From: Nannocystis bainbridge
Lineage (GTDB): Bacteria > Myxococcota_A > Polyangia > Nannocystales > Nannocystaceae
Direction of reading: 5' to 3'
DNA: 64,000 nt
Assembly (NCBI RefSeq): GCF_028368995.1
Contig: NZ_JAQNDL010000001.1
Coordinates: 128,001 to 192,000, forward strand
Shown one piece after another: positions 52,441-61,894 of the stretch; position 1 is the stretch's first letter; each line of letters opens with the position of its first letter. Under the pieces are notes generated by a model, which had not been told where the DNA came from, did no database searches, and saw nothing but the letters and a program-made list of their open reading frames with translations. The position numbers and the translations under genes are program-made.

Positions 52441-53931
52441 GTGCGCCCCTCGTCCGGCCAGCGCCTCGCCCTCGCCCTCGCGCTCGGCGTGTGCTGCCTC
52501 GCTCCGCCCACGTCGGCCGCGGCCCCGGTCGCTGACTCCGCACCTGCCGCCGCCCCTGCCGACCTCGCGGCCCAGATCGACCTCCTGCTGCAGGCCAAAT
52601 TCCTGGCCCGCGCGCGCGTCAGCCTGCTCGTCGTCGACATGGCCACCGGCGCTCGCCTCTACGAGAAGAACCCCGACCTCGGCCTCAACCCCGCCAGCAA
52701 CATCAAGCTCGTCACCACCGCTGCCGCGCTGTCGCTGCTGGGTCCCGAGCACCGCTACGTCACCCGCGTCTACACCAAGAAGGGCGCGCTCAAGGGTCAC
52801 ACCGTCGACGGCGACCTCTACCTCAAGGGCGGCGGCGACCCCTCGCTCGTCACCGCCGACCTCTATCAATTGGCCAGCGACTTGCGCGCGCTCGGCATCA
52901 CCAAGGTCACCGGCGGCCTCGTGCTGGACAGCACCGCCTACGATCGCGACGAGCTGCCGCCGCTCTTCGATCAAAAGGACGAGCTGGCCTCCTTCCGCGC
53001 CCCCGGCGGCGCCACGGCCGTCAACTTCGGCACCTACGTGGTCCTCGCGCGCCCCGGCGCCGGCGAGGGCGACCCCGCGATCGTGGCCATCGATCCGCCG
53101 GTCCCCTCGCTCAAGCTCAAGGCCAACACCGCCACCACCGCCACCGGCGCGCGCAACCAGCTCAAGCTCGCCATCGGCACCACCGACGCCGGCGTGGTCG
53201 AGATCGCCGTCGACGGCACGATCGGCAAGGACGCCGCCCCCGCCGAGTACCGCTACCCGGTCGCGCGCCCGTCCGAGTACGCCGGCGAGGTGTTCCGCCT
53301 GGTCCTCAAGCAGCGCGGCGTCGGCCTCGGGCGCAGCGCGGTCAAGCTCGAAGCTGTCCCCGAGGACAGCGAGCGCCTGGCCCTCGTCCGCAGCGAGCCG
53401 CTCAGCGTGCTCGTCCGCAGCGTCAACAAGCTGTCCAACAACTACGTCGCCGAGCACATCCTCAAGAGCCTGGACGACCACAGCCCGGCCAGCTTCGCCG
53501 GCGGCCTCGCGCGCGTCCGCACCTGGCTCGCCGGCCTCGGCGTCGGCGTCGACGGCTTCGTCTACAACAACGGCTCCGGCCTCTACGACGCCAACCGGAT
53601 CAGCGCCGCCCAGCTCGTGCAGCTGCTCGTCGCCGTCCACCGCGACTTCCGCTACGGCGCCGACTTCCTCGCCTCGCTGCCGATCGCCGGCGTCGACGGC
53701 ACCCTGCGTTCGCGCATGCAGGAGGGCCGCGCCGCCCGGTTCGTGCGCGCCAAGACCGGCTCGCTCGACGGCGTCTCCACCCTCTCCGGCTACGCCGGCG
53801 CCGTCGGACGCCCGCCGCTCGCCTTCGCCATCCTCTTCAACGACCTCGACGTGTTCGCCGCCCCGCAGGCGCGCGATCTCCAGAACCAGATCGCCGAGCT
53901 GCTCGCCGGCGCCGTCGCGGCCCGGCCCTGA
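52441..53931 (+). CDS. dacB: D-alanyl-D-alanine carboxypeptidase/endopeptidase (PBP4, S13)
   Basis: PASNIK (SxxK), GGGDPSL, KLSNNYVAE (SxN), NGSGL, AKTGSL. Confidence 0.95.
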   Translation: MRPSSGQRLALALALGVCCLAPPTSAAAPVADSAPAAAPADLAAQIDLLLQAKFLARARVSLLVVDMATGARLYEKNPDLGLNPASNIKLVTTAAALSLLGPEHRYVTRVYTKKGALKGHTVDGDLYLKGGGDPSLVTADLYQLASDLRALGITKVTGGLVLDSTAYDRDELPPLFDQKDELASFRAPGGATAVNFGTYVVLARPGAGEGDPAIVAIDPPVPSLKLKANTATTATGARNQLKLAIGTTDAGVVEIAVDGTIGKDAAPAEYRYPVARPSEYAGEVFRLVLKQRGVGLGRSAVKLEAVPEDSERLALVRSEPLSVLVRSVNKLSNNYVAEHILKSLDDHSPASFAGGLARVRTWLAGLGVGVDGFVYNNGSGLYDANRISAAQLVQLLVAVHRDFRYGADFLASLPIAGVDGTLRSRMQEGRAARFVRAKTGSLDGVSTLSGYAGAVGRPPLAFAILFNDLDVFAAPQARDLQNQIAELLAGAVAARP

Positions 53932-53970
53932 CCTCTATCGGCCCGTTGAGCCCGGTGCTAGCCTGCGGCG

Positions 53971-55017
53971 ATGAAGCACGTCGCCCTCGTCCTCGGAGCG
54001 CTCCTGGCCGGCGCCCCGCTCACCGCCCGCGCCACCGTGTTCGAGGACGGGAACAGCGCCGCCGCGCCGCAGGGCGACGCGCCCCCGCCCGGCTGGGACG
54101 CGCTCAGCCCGGCCCAGCAGGACAAGCTGGCCCAGATCGACGAGGCCGGGATCCAGGCGCTCGCCGGCAAGATCGACCGCGGCGAGCCGCTGAGCGCCGA
54201 CGACCAGCTGGTCGCCGAGGCGCTGGCGATCCTCATGACCGCCGAGTTCGACGGCAAGCTGACCTATCAGACAGGTGACATCAAGGTCGGCGACGGCCTC
54301 GCCACCCTCCGCCTCGGCCAGGACTACCGCTTCCTCGGGCCCGCCGACGCCCGCCTCGTCATCGAGGAGGCCTGGCACAACCCGCCCGGCGAGCAGCCGC
54401 TCGGCATGATCGTGCCGGCCAAGCTGAGCCCGGCCGACCCGCGCGGCTGGGGCGTCGTCGTCTCCTACGTCGAGGAGGGCCACGTCGACGACGCCGACGC
54501 CGCCAGCATCGACTACGACGAGCTGCTGGCGCAGATGAAAGAAGCGACCGCCAAGGAGAACGAGTCGCGCAAGGCCATGGGCTTCCCCTCGATGCACCTG
54601 GTCGGCTGGGCCGAGCCGCCGCGCTACGACCAGGCCCGCCACAGCCTCTACTGGGCCAAGGAGCTCGGCGGCGACGAGGGCGGCGAGAACTCGCTCAACT
54701 ACGCCGTGCGCGTGCTCGGCCGCAAGGGCGTGCTCGAGCTCAACGCCGTGTCGGGCATGACCCAGCTGCCCGAGATCCGGCCCGAGATGGAGAAGATCTA
54801 CGGCCTGGTCGACTTCGACGACGGCAACCGCTACAGCGACTTCAACCCCGACATCGACACCGTCGCCGCCTACGGCATCGGCGGCCTCATCGCCGGCAAG
54901 CTGGCCGTCAAGGCCGGCCTGTTCGCCCTCCTCGCCAAGGGCGGCAAGTTCATCGTCCTGGCGATCGTCGGCCTGTTCGCCGGCGTGCGCGCCTGGTTCG
55001 CGCGCAAGAAGCAGTAG
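53971..55017 (+). CDS. DUF2167 membrane-anchored protein
   Basis: GHVDDADA..IDYDELL, GWAEPPRYD, LNYAVRVLGRKG, YSDFNP..D.VAAYGIGGLIAG, C-terminal TM. Confidence 0.9.
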   Translation: MKHVALVLGALLAGAPLTARATVFEDGNSAAAPQGDAPPPGWDALSPAQQDKLAQIDEAGIQALAGKIDRGEPLSADDQLVAEALAILMTAEFDGKLTYQTGDIKVGDGLATLRLGQDYRFLGPADARLVIEEAWHNPPGEQPLGMIVPAKLSPADPRGWGVVVSYVEEGHVDDADAASIDYDELLAQMKEATAKENESRKAMGFPSMHLVGWAEPPRYDQARHSLYWAKELGGDEGGENSLNYAVRVLGRKGVLELNAVSGMTQLPEIRPEMEKIYGLVDFDDGNRYSDFNPDIDTVAAYGIGGLIAGKLAVKAGLFALLAKGGKFIVLAIVGLFAGVRAWFARKKQ

Positions 55018-55024
55018 CCCCGCG

Positions 55025-55090
55025 GGACAGGTCCTCCAGGGCATGCCCTCGGGGACATGCCCTCCGGACCAGGTCCTCCAGGACAGCCAC
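55025..55090. repeat. 14-bp-period array (5 units)
   Basis: 55025 ggacaggtcc, 55039 gggcatgccc, 55053 ggacatgccc, 55067 gaccaggtcc, 55081 ggacagccac. Confidence 0.92.
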
Positions 55091-55124
55091 CGCCGCGCTC
55101 GCATCCCTCCGCTCAAGGCGTGCC

Positions 55125-55694
55125 ATGCCCCGCATCGTCATCGAGGATCGCGTCACCCGCTGGAAGGTCTCCTGCTTCGCGGCGGACCACGGGCTCGTCT
55201 TCTACGACAAGGTCCCCGAGAGCGACGCCAACCCCGAGGAGGTCATCTGGGCCAGCCGCGACGGCGCCACCCGGCTGCACCGGCTCGAGGATCGCTTCGC
55301 CGGGCTCGCCTACCTCATCCTCGACGGCGAGGAGGAGGCGAGCCTGACCACCCGGGCGATCGACGAGCTCGACGGTCTCTCGCTCGCCACCTTGCTCATC
55401 GCGCTGGCCGCCGATCCGGACGCAGCGCGGGCCTTCCCGGTGATCGCCGCGCTCGGGGTGCTCGCCCCGCCGGCGTTCGAACCGCATGTGTTCGCCGTGT
55501 TCTCCCGCTTGCTGGCGGACGCCGATCCGTCGCTCCGCGGCAAGGCGCTCGCGGCCGCGGCCTACCCCGCCTGGCCGGAGTTCGTGCCGCTGATGACCGC
55601 GATGGCGAGCGACGACCCGGACCCCGACGTGCGCGAGCGGGCCGCCGTCGCGGTGGCCGCGTTTCGCCGCCACCTCGCGGGCGAAGAGTCCTGA
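55125..55694 (+). CDS. HEAT-repeat-containing hypothetical protein
   Basis: LLADADPSLRGKA and DDPDPDVRERA repeats. Confidence 0.75.
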   Translation: MPRIVIEDRVTRWKVSCFAADHGLVFYDKVPESDANPEEVIWASRDGATRLHRLEDRFAGLAYLILDGEEEASLTTRAIDELDGLSLATLLIALAADPDAARAFPVIAALGVLAPPAFEPHVFAVFSRLLADADPSLRGKALAAAAYPAWPEFVPLMTAMASDDPDPDVRERAAVAVAAFRRHLAGEES

Positions 55695-55732
55695 CCCGGC
55701 GGGTCTCGCAGAGCCACACGCCCGCAGATCGG

Positions 55733-55866
55733 CGGGAGGTCCCAGGGGACATGTCCTCTCGGACATACTCTGCTCGGCCTGGATTACCTCGGAGAGCCTG
55801 ACTCTCGCGCCCCGGAGCTCGACTGTCAGGACATGCTCGCTCAGACATGTCCTCAAGGCCAGCCTC
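55733..55866. repeat. Two 14-bp-period arrays (3+3 units)
   Basis: 55733 cgggaggtcc, 55747 ggacatgtcc, 55761 ggacatactc; 55829 ggacatgctc, 55843 agacatgtcc, 55857 ggccagcctc. Confidence 0.85.
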
Positions 55867-56264
55867 GTCAGCCGGGCGGCGGGCGGCCCCCCCGCCGGCT
55901 TCGGCGCCTGACTCTGGGGACAGGATCCGCCGCTGCCCGCGGGCGCGCATCACTGCGCAGCTCGTCCGCCGCCGGGGGATCGGCCCGGGCCCGCGGGCTT
56001 GCGGGCGCCGCGGCGACGGACCTTCGCTCACGAGCGCCGTGATCGCCGTGCGCACCGTCCTGCGCAGCCAGGCGCGTCGCCGGCGGAGCACGCCGCGAGA
56101 TCGATGTTCCATCGCCGCTGCGCCGCGCGGCTCGAGTGACGCACTGCGCATTCGATTGCACACCGCCCGCGTCGCGCTGCACGGCGTGCTCGGCAGCGCT
56201 GCGTCAGAATTTGTCGCCCCCGATCGGGGCGCGTATCGTCATCCCTCGGCACTTCGAGGTCGCA

Positions 56265-57326
56265 ATGGACGTCGGCATCATCACCAACCCCAACTCGAAG
56301 AAGAACTATCGCCGGCCGCAGCGTCGGCGCGCCCTCGAGCAGGCCGTCGGACGCTACGGCGCGGTCGTCGAGACCCGCCGGCTCGACGAGCTGCCGAAGG
56401 CGATTCGTAACCTGCGTGAGGCCGGCTGCCGCTACTTCGTGTGCGACGGCGGCGACGGCACCCTCCACTGGGTCCTCAACACGCTGCACGCCGACGCCCG
56501 CCAACACGGCGCGGCCCGCCTCCCGATCGTCGTCCCGACCAACGGCGGCACCGTCGACTTCGTCGCCCGCAAGGCCGGCCTCAAGGGCGACGCCGACTCG
56601 ATCGTGCGCCGCCTCGTCGGCCGGCTCGAGCGCGGCGAGACGATCCCGACCGTCACCATCGACACCTGCAAGATCGTCGGCAGGCCGATCGGACAGGACC
56701 TTTCGGACAGCTCGTCCGCCCCCGCGTTCGAGCGCATCGGCCTGGCCGCGGCCCTCGGCGGCGTCGCCCAGGCGTTCTTCGACCGCTTCTACGCCCTGCC
56801 CAAGGAGCGCGGCGCGCTCGCCATCGCCGGGGTCATCGGCGCCGCCGCCGGCGGAGCCCTCGTCAGCGCCCTCGCCAGCAACCTGGCCCCGCCGCTGCAG
56901 CGCTTCATCCCCGACGAGATGCGCAGCAACGCCAGCGAGTTCTTCCGGCCCACGCGCGCCCGCGTCGAGGTCGACGGCCGCGAGCTCCCGTTCGCCAGCT
57001 TCGCCTCCATGCAGGTCGGCGCGATCGACATCAACCTGGCCGGCGTCGTCCGCTGCTTCCGCCACGCCCGCGAGGGCGGCGTGCTCCACTTCCAGGCCCT
57101 CGACACCACCCCGATCGGCGTCGTCGCCAACGTCCCCAACATCGTGCTCGGGACCCCGATCCTCGGCCGCAAGGTCTACGACGACCGGGCCCGCCGCGTG
57201 CGCATCACCGCCGAGGACGGCGAGGTCCTGAATCCCGTCATCGACGGCGAGCAGTTCCACGGCCTCGGCCACGTCGAGCTCACCCTCGGCCCCCGCGTCG
57301 AGCTGCCGACCTTCGCCTCCAACTGA
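56265..57326 (+). CDS. Diacylglycerol/sphingosine kinase family protein
   Basis: IITNPNS, GGDGT, GGTVD (GTxN-like), VIDGE. Confidence 0.82.
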   Translation: MDVGIITNPNSKKNYRRPQRRRALEQAVGRYGAVVETRRLDELPKAIRNLREAGCRYFVCDGGDGTLHWVLNTLHADARQHGAARLPIVVPTNGGTVDFVARKAGLKGDADSIVRRLVGRLERGETIPTVTIDTCKIVGRPIGQDLSDSSSAPAFERIGLAAALGGVAQAFFDRFYALPKERGALAIAGVIGAAAGGALVSALASNLAPPLQRFIPDEMRSNASEFFRPTRARVEVDGRELPFASFASMQVGAIDINLAGVVRCFRHAREGGVLHFQALDTTPIGVVANVPNIVLGTPILGRKVYDDRARRVRITAEDGEVLNPVIDGEQFHGLGHVELTLGPRVELPTFASN

Positions 57327-57339
57327 TCGCGCGCCCCCG

Positions 57340-57373
57340 CGAAGCCCGGCCGCCTCCGCGCCGCCGGGCTTCG
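57340..57373 (+). terminator. GC-rich hairpin after the lipid kinase gene
   Basis: CGAAGCCCGGC...GCCGGGCTTCG 11-bp stem; no U-tract. Confidence 0.4.
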
Positions 57374-57529
57374 TCGCGACCGGACCGCGCCGGCCGACGC
57401 GAACAACCTGCCCCTCGGGACAGCCCTCGCGGGCGCGCGCTCAGCCGCCGCAGCCGCCATGCGCGCCCTCCCACGAGGTTTTACCGACCTCTTACCGTCG
57501 CCGCCGCGATCTGTGCCACGATCGTCGGC

Positions 57530-58225
57530 GTGACCGAGCCTGCCCCGCGGATCTTGATCGTCGAGGACGAGCCGGCGATCCGTCACGGCCTGGTCGAGCT
57601 GTTCCGCTCGCAGGGCTACACCCTCGAGGTCGCCGAGGACGGCCACGCCGCGCTCGCGCGCCTCGCCTGCGCCGAGTTCGACCTCGTCCTCCTCGACATC
57701 ATGCTGCCCGGCGTCGACGGCCTCGGCGTGCTGCGGCAGACCCGGGCCCGCGGCGACCTCGTGCCCGTCCTCGTCCTCACCGCCCGCGGGTCCGAGGCCG
57801 ACATCGTCGCCGGGCTCGACGCCGGCGCCGACGACTACGTCACCAAGCCGTTCGGCATCCGCGAGCTGCTCGCGCGCGCCCGCGGCCTGCTCCGCCGCGC
57901 CCGCCCGGCCCCCGCCAGCAGCTCGTTCCGCGTCGGCGACGCCCTCGTCGACCTCGCCCGCCTCGCCATCACCTGGCCCGAAGGACAGCTCGAACTCACC
58001 GCCCGCGAGGGCCTGATCCTCGACTTCCTGCGCGCCCGACCCGGCGTCGGCGTCACCCGCGAAGAGCTGCTCACCCAGGTGTGGGGCTACCACGACGGCA
58101 CAGTGCGCACCCGCACCGTCGACGTCCACATCCTCCAGCTGCGCGGCAAGCTGCGCCAGATCGCCGGCGGCGACGACTGGATCGGCACCGTCCGCGGCCG
58201 CGGCTACCGCTGGGACGCGCGATGA
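57530..58225 (+). CDS. OmpR-family response regulator
   Basis: ILIVEDE, LLDIMLPG, GADDYVTKPF, RTVDVHI, TVRGRGY. Confidence 0.96.
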   Translation: MTEPAPRILIVEDEPAIRHGLVELFRSQGYTLEVAEDGHAALARLACAEFDLVLLDIMLPGVDGLGVLRQTRARGDLVPVLVLTARGSEADIVAGLDAGADDYVTKPFGIRELLARARGLLRRARPAPASSSFRVGDALVDLARLAITWPEGQLELTAREGLILDFLRARPGVGVTREELLTQVWGYHDGTVRTRTVDVHILQLRGKLRQIAGGDDWIGTVRGRGYRWDAR

Positions 58226-60123
58226 GCCCCGCCCGCCGCCGCATGCTCGCGCTCGGCCTCGGCGTCGCCGCGCCGACCCTCGCCCTCGCCCTCGGCTGGC
58301 TGTTCGCCGGCCTGCGCGAGCGGGCCATGCTCGCCGAGCAGCGCGCGGACGAGCTGGTCCAGGCCGCCGAGCTGTTGCGGGCCGCCGCGCGCGAGAGCCT
58401 CGAGGAGCTGCGCCGCCGCGAGGACGCGCGCCCGTTCGAGCACTACGGCCGGTTCTACCGCCCGCCCGAGGTGCTCGCGCTCGGCGAGGCCGTCGCCCTC
58501 TCGCCGCTCGCCGGCCAGCCCGACGACCCGCGGATCTCCGCCTACTTCCAGCTCGATCCCGACGGCCGCGTGCGCACCCCCTACGCGCTCGAGCCGGGCG
58601 GCTCGCCGCGCGCCGTCGAGGTCGAGGCGATCGTCGCCGCCGCCTCGTTCGCCCCTCTGCGCGCCCTCAGCTTCGGCAAGGCCGACGCCGGCGATCAGTC
58701 GCTCACCTACGCCCTCAACGACCTCGGCAACGCCGCCTACCGCGACCTCGCCGACGCCCGTCGCGGCGACGCTCTGGCCGCCGAGCGGGCCCAAAAGGTC
58801 CGCCTGCCGCAGACCAGCCGCAACCTCGTCACCTGGGACACCATCCAGAGCCAGCAGGCCGCCAACGCCTCGCCGCCGCAGCAGGCCAGCGCCGAGCCGG
58901 TGTTCGACGCGCTCCTGCAGCAGCGCGCGCCCAACAGCGACGGAAATATCCCTTCGGACAGGTCCTCGGGGACATTGCCCAAAAAACATGTCCAGGAGGA
59001 CATTCCCCAAGAGGCAGGTCCGAGCCTCGACTACTCGCCGATGGCCTGGCTGCGGCTCGGCGACAGCGTGGTCCTGCAGCGCGTCGTCAGCCACGCCGGC
59101 GCCGGCTCGGTCCAGGGCGCGGTGCTCGACCGCGAAGTCCTGGCCGGCCCCTGGCTCACCGCGCTGGTCGCCCGCCACGCCCTGCCCGAGGCCACTCCGA
59201 CCCTCGCCGCCACCTCCGCCACCGCCGCCTGCGCCCTCGCGCGGCCGGTCCACGACGAGGTCCTGCCCGACCTCTCCTTCTGCTTCCCCGCCCCCGCGCT
59301 CCCCCCCGGCGGCTCGCTCGCGCTGCAGCTCGGCGTCCTGCTCGGCCTCGGCAGCGTCGTCGCGGCGGCGATCGCCGCCATCGCCCGCGCCGCCCGGCGC
59401 TCGGACGAGCTGTCGGCGCAGAAGACCGCCTTCGTGTCGGCCGTCTCGCACGAGCTGCGGACCCCGCTGACCACCCTGCGCATGCACGCCGAGATGCTGC
59501 AGGAGGGCCTCGTCGCGCCCGAGCGGCTGCCCGTCTTCTACGACGACCTCGCCCACGAGAGCGTGCGACTGAGCCGCCTGGTCGAGAACGTGCTCGCCGT
59601 CGCCCAGCTCGAGGAGGGCCGGCGCGTCCTGCAGCTGCGGCCGGGCGATCTCGCCGCGCAGATCCGCGACATCGTCGACGACCAGGCGCGCCACGTCGAG
59701 CGGCGCGGCTTCCCCCCGGTCGAGCTCGCTCTCCCCGACGAGCCCGTGCCCGTGCAAAACGACCCGCAAGCCGTCGAGCAGATCCTCGTCAACCTCCTCG
59801 ACAACGCCCTCAAGTACGCCGCCGACGCGCGCGCGGCCGGCCTGCGCGTGGCCCTCGCGGTCGAGGGCGAAGCGGCCGTCCTGCGCGTCCAGGACCGCGG
59901 CCCCGGCATCCCCGAGGCCGACCGCGACCGCGTGTTCGACCGCTTCTTCCGCGTCGCCCGCGAGCGCGACGCCCACACCCCGGGCACCGGCCTCGGCCTC
60001 GCCCTCGTGCGCGAGCTGGCCCGTGGGCACGGCGGCGAGGCGGTGGCTCTTGCGCGCCCCGGCGGCGGCGCCGAGCTCCAGGTCCGCTTCCCGCTCGCCC
60101 CCGCCCCCGCCTCCGCGACCTGA
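58222..60123 (+). CDS. Sensor histidine kinase
   Basis: Two TM segments, H-box SHELRTPL, N-box NLLDNALKY, DRGPGI, GTGLGL. Confidence 0.95.
   Translation: MSPARRRMLALGLGVAAPTLALALGWLFAGLRERAMLAEQRADELVQAAELLRAAARESLEELRRREDARPFEHYGRFYRPPEVLALGEAVALSPLAGQPDDPRISAYFQLDPDGRVRTPYALEPGGSPRAVEVEAIVAAASFAPLRALSFGKADAGDQSLTYALNDLGNAAYRDLADARRGDALAAERAQKVRLPQTSRNLVTWDTIQSQQAANASPPQQASAEPVFDALLQQRAPNSDGNIPSDRSSGTLPKKHVQEDIPQEAGPSLDYSPMAWLRLGDSVVLQRVVSHAGAGSVQGAVLDREVLAGPWLTALVARHALPEATPTLAATSATAACALARPVHDEVLPDLSFCFPAPALPPGGSLALQLGVLLGLGSVVAAAIAAIARAARRSDELSAQKTAFVSAVSHELRTPLTTLRMHAEMLQEGLVAPERLPVFYDDLAHESVRLSRLVENVLAVAQLEEGRRVLQLRPGDLAAQIRDIVDDQARHVERRGFPPVELALPDEPVPVQNDPQAVEQILVNLLDNALKYAADARAAGLRVALAVEGEAAVLRVQDRGPGIPEADRDRVFDRFFRVARERDAHTPGTGLGLALVRELARGHGGEAVALARPGGGAELQVRFPLAPAPASAT
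58942..59021. repeat. 14-bp-period array (6 units) inside the kinase sensor domain
   Basis: 58942 ggaaatatcc, 58956 ggacaggtcc, 58970 ggacattgcc, 58984 aaacatgtcc, 58998 ggacattccc, 59012 aggcaggtcc. Confidence 0.9.
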
Positions 60124-60322
60124 TCGACGCGTCGTGACCTGCAGCGGCAGCGCGGCATCTCGCCACACCGCGGCCGCCCGGCGCCCGCGCGCAGCCGGCC
60201 GGCCTCCAGCGATCTCGCGGACTTGCGCCCGCTCCCCCGGTCCCGGGCGGAAGTATGCGTCTTGCTGAGGCCAGGACCCGGGGGCAGACTAAAGCTCGCT
60301 CGCCCCCATTGAGGAGCTCAGC

Positions 60323-61039
60323 ATGATTCGCCGCGCCGCCCCGCTCGCCGCCGCCCTCGTCGTCACGCTCGCCTGTCCCGAGGTGTTCGCCAGTCCTTGG
60401 GGACATGTCCCTGCGAACCTGTCCCTTCGTTCCAGCGTCCAGCAGCCCACCGAGACGACCGTCGTCGTCGAGACCGGCCCTGCCCCCGCCGCTCCGGCGC
60501 CCGTCGCCGCGCCCCAGCCCTACGCCGACCCGTCGGCCGCCGCCCCGCCGGTCGCCGAGGGCCCGCAGCCCTACGCCGACCCCGGCAGCACGCCCACGAT
60601 GGGCTACGCCCCGCCGCCGCCGACGCCCCGCAAGCGCCGCAAGGGCCTGATGATCGGCGGCTGGGTCATGTTCGGCTCGTCGTACCTGGCGACCGCCTTC
60701 GTCGCCGCCATCGTCCACGACACCTGCAACCTGACCCGCAACCCCAACTGCAAGAACGCCGCGGCCTTCACCCTGATCCCCGCGATCGGCCCGTTCCTGG
60801 CCATCCCGTACATCGAGACCGACGCGATCACGCCCAAGGTCCTGATGGCCTTCCCGGCGCTGATCCAGATCGCCGGCCTCACCATGGGCATCATCGGCAC
60901 CGTGCAGTTCGTCCGCGACGGCCGCGAGCCGCGCTACGTCGGCGTCGACGGCCTCAAGCTCGGCAACAAGCTGCGCCTCGGCGTCGCCCCCACCCGCTTC
61001 CTCGACGGCGGCACCCTCACCCTCGGCGCCCGCTTCTGA
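60323..61039 (+). CDS. Exported hypothetical membrane protein (paralog A)
   Basis: GAGGAG RBS, signal peptide, Pro-rich linker, hydrophobic helices, ends LGARF. Confidence 0.85.
   Translation: MIRRAAPLAAALVVTLACPEVFASPWGHVPANLSLRSSVQQPTETTVVVETGPAPAAPAPVAAPQPYADPSAAAPPVAEGPQPYADPGSTPTMGYAPPPPTPRKRRKGLMIGGWVMFGSSYLATAFVAAIVHDTCNLTRNPNCKNAAAFTLIPAIGPFLAIPYIETDAITPKVLMAFPALIQIAGLTMGIIGTVQFVRDGREPRYVGVDGLKLGNKLRLGVAPTRFLDGGTLTLGARF
60387..60424. repeat. 14-bp-period array (3 units) just after the signal-peptide codons
   Basis: 60387 tcgccagtcc, 60401 ggacatgtcc, 60415 gaacctgtcc. Confidence 0.75.
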
Positions 61040-61124
61040 TCGCCTCGCTCGCCTCGCGTCTCGACCACGCCTCGCGGCCCCACCCGTCACGCCTCCGGTC
61101 ACCTGAACTCAAGGACCTGTCCTC

Positions 61125-61874
61125 ATGTTCACGTCTCGTCTCGCCGCCCTCACCGCCGCCGTCAGCCTCGTCGGGATCCCGCTGGTCCCGAACACCGCCG
61201 TCGCCAGCCCTTACATCGTCCAGCTGCACGCCGACGGCGAAGTCCCGGCGGGTTACGCCCCCGCCGGCACGCACGAGGTGATCGTCGAGGCCGTCCCGGT
61301 GCCCGAGGCGCCGCCGGCCCCGCCCACCCCGGTGGTGGCCGAGGCGGTGATCGTCACCACCCCCGAGGTCCAGCCCTACGTCGATCCGACGCTGGTCGGC
61401 CCGACCACCACCACCGTGATCGTCGCTCCGCCGCCGGCCGCCCCGGTCGCGCCGCGCCGCCCGCCGCCGCCGCCCAAGCGCGGCCTCGGCCTGATGATCG
61501 CCGGCTTCTCGATGTTCGGCACCACCTACCTGCTCACCGCCTGGGCCGGCGCCATGAGCCACGACGGCCACGGCGGCTGCAACCGCACCAAGTACGAGTG
61601 CCGCGAGTCCGGCAAGGCGCTGATGGTCCCGTTCATCGGCCCGATGCTGGCCGCCCAGAACAGCGACAGCGCGCGCGAGACCTTCGGCCTGTTCCTCGTG
61701 TCCGGCATCCAGATCGCCACCTTCGCCATGGGCCTCGTCGGCGCCGTCCGCTACTCCCGCTTCAAGCGGTGGGAGCGCGGCCTCGCCGGCATCCCGCTCG
61801 GCAATTCGGGCCTCGCGGTCCAGCCGATGCCCCGCTTCGACGGCGGCGGCCTCGGCCTCAACTACCGCTTCTGA
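61125..61874 (+). CDS. Exported hypothetical membrane protein (paralog B)
   Basis: Signal peptide, Pro-rich linker, blocks aligning to paralog A, ends LNYRF. Confidence 0.85.
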   Translation: MFTSRLAALTAAVSLVGIPLVPNTAVASPYIVQLHADGEVPAGYAPAGTHEVIVEAVPVPEAPPAPPTPVVAEAVIVTTPEVQPYVDPTLVGPTTTTVIVAPPPAAPVAPRRPPPPPKRGLGLMIAGFSMFGTTYLLTAWAGAMSHDGHGGCNRTKYECRESGKALMVPFIGPMLAAQNSDSARETFGLFLVSGIQIATFAMGLVGAVRYSRFKRWERGLAGIPLGNSGLAVQPMPRFDGGGLGLNYRF

Positions 61875-61894
61875 GCGCGGACCCCCGCGCCCTC

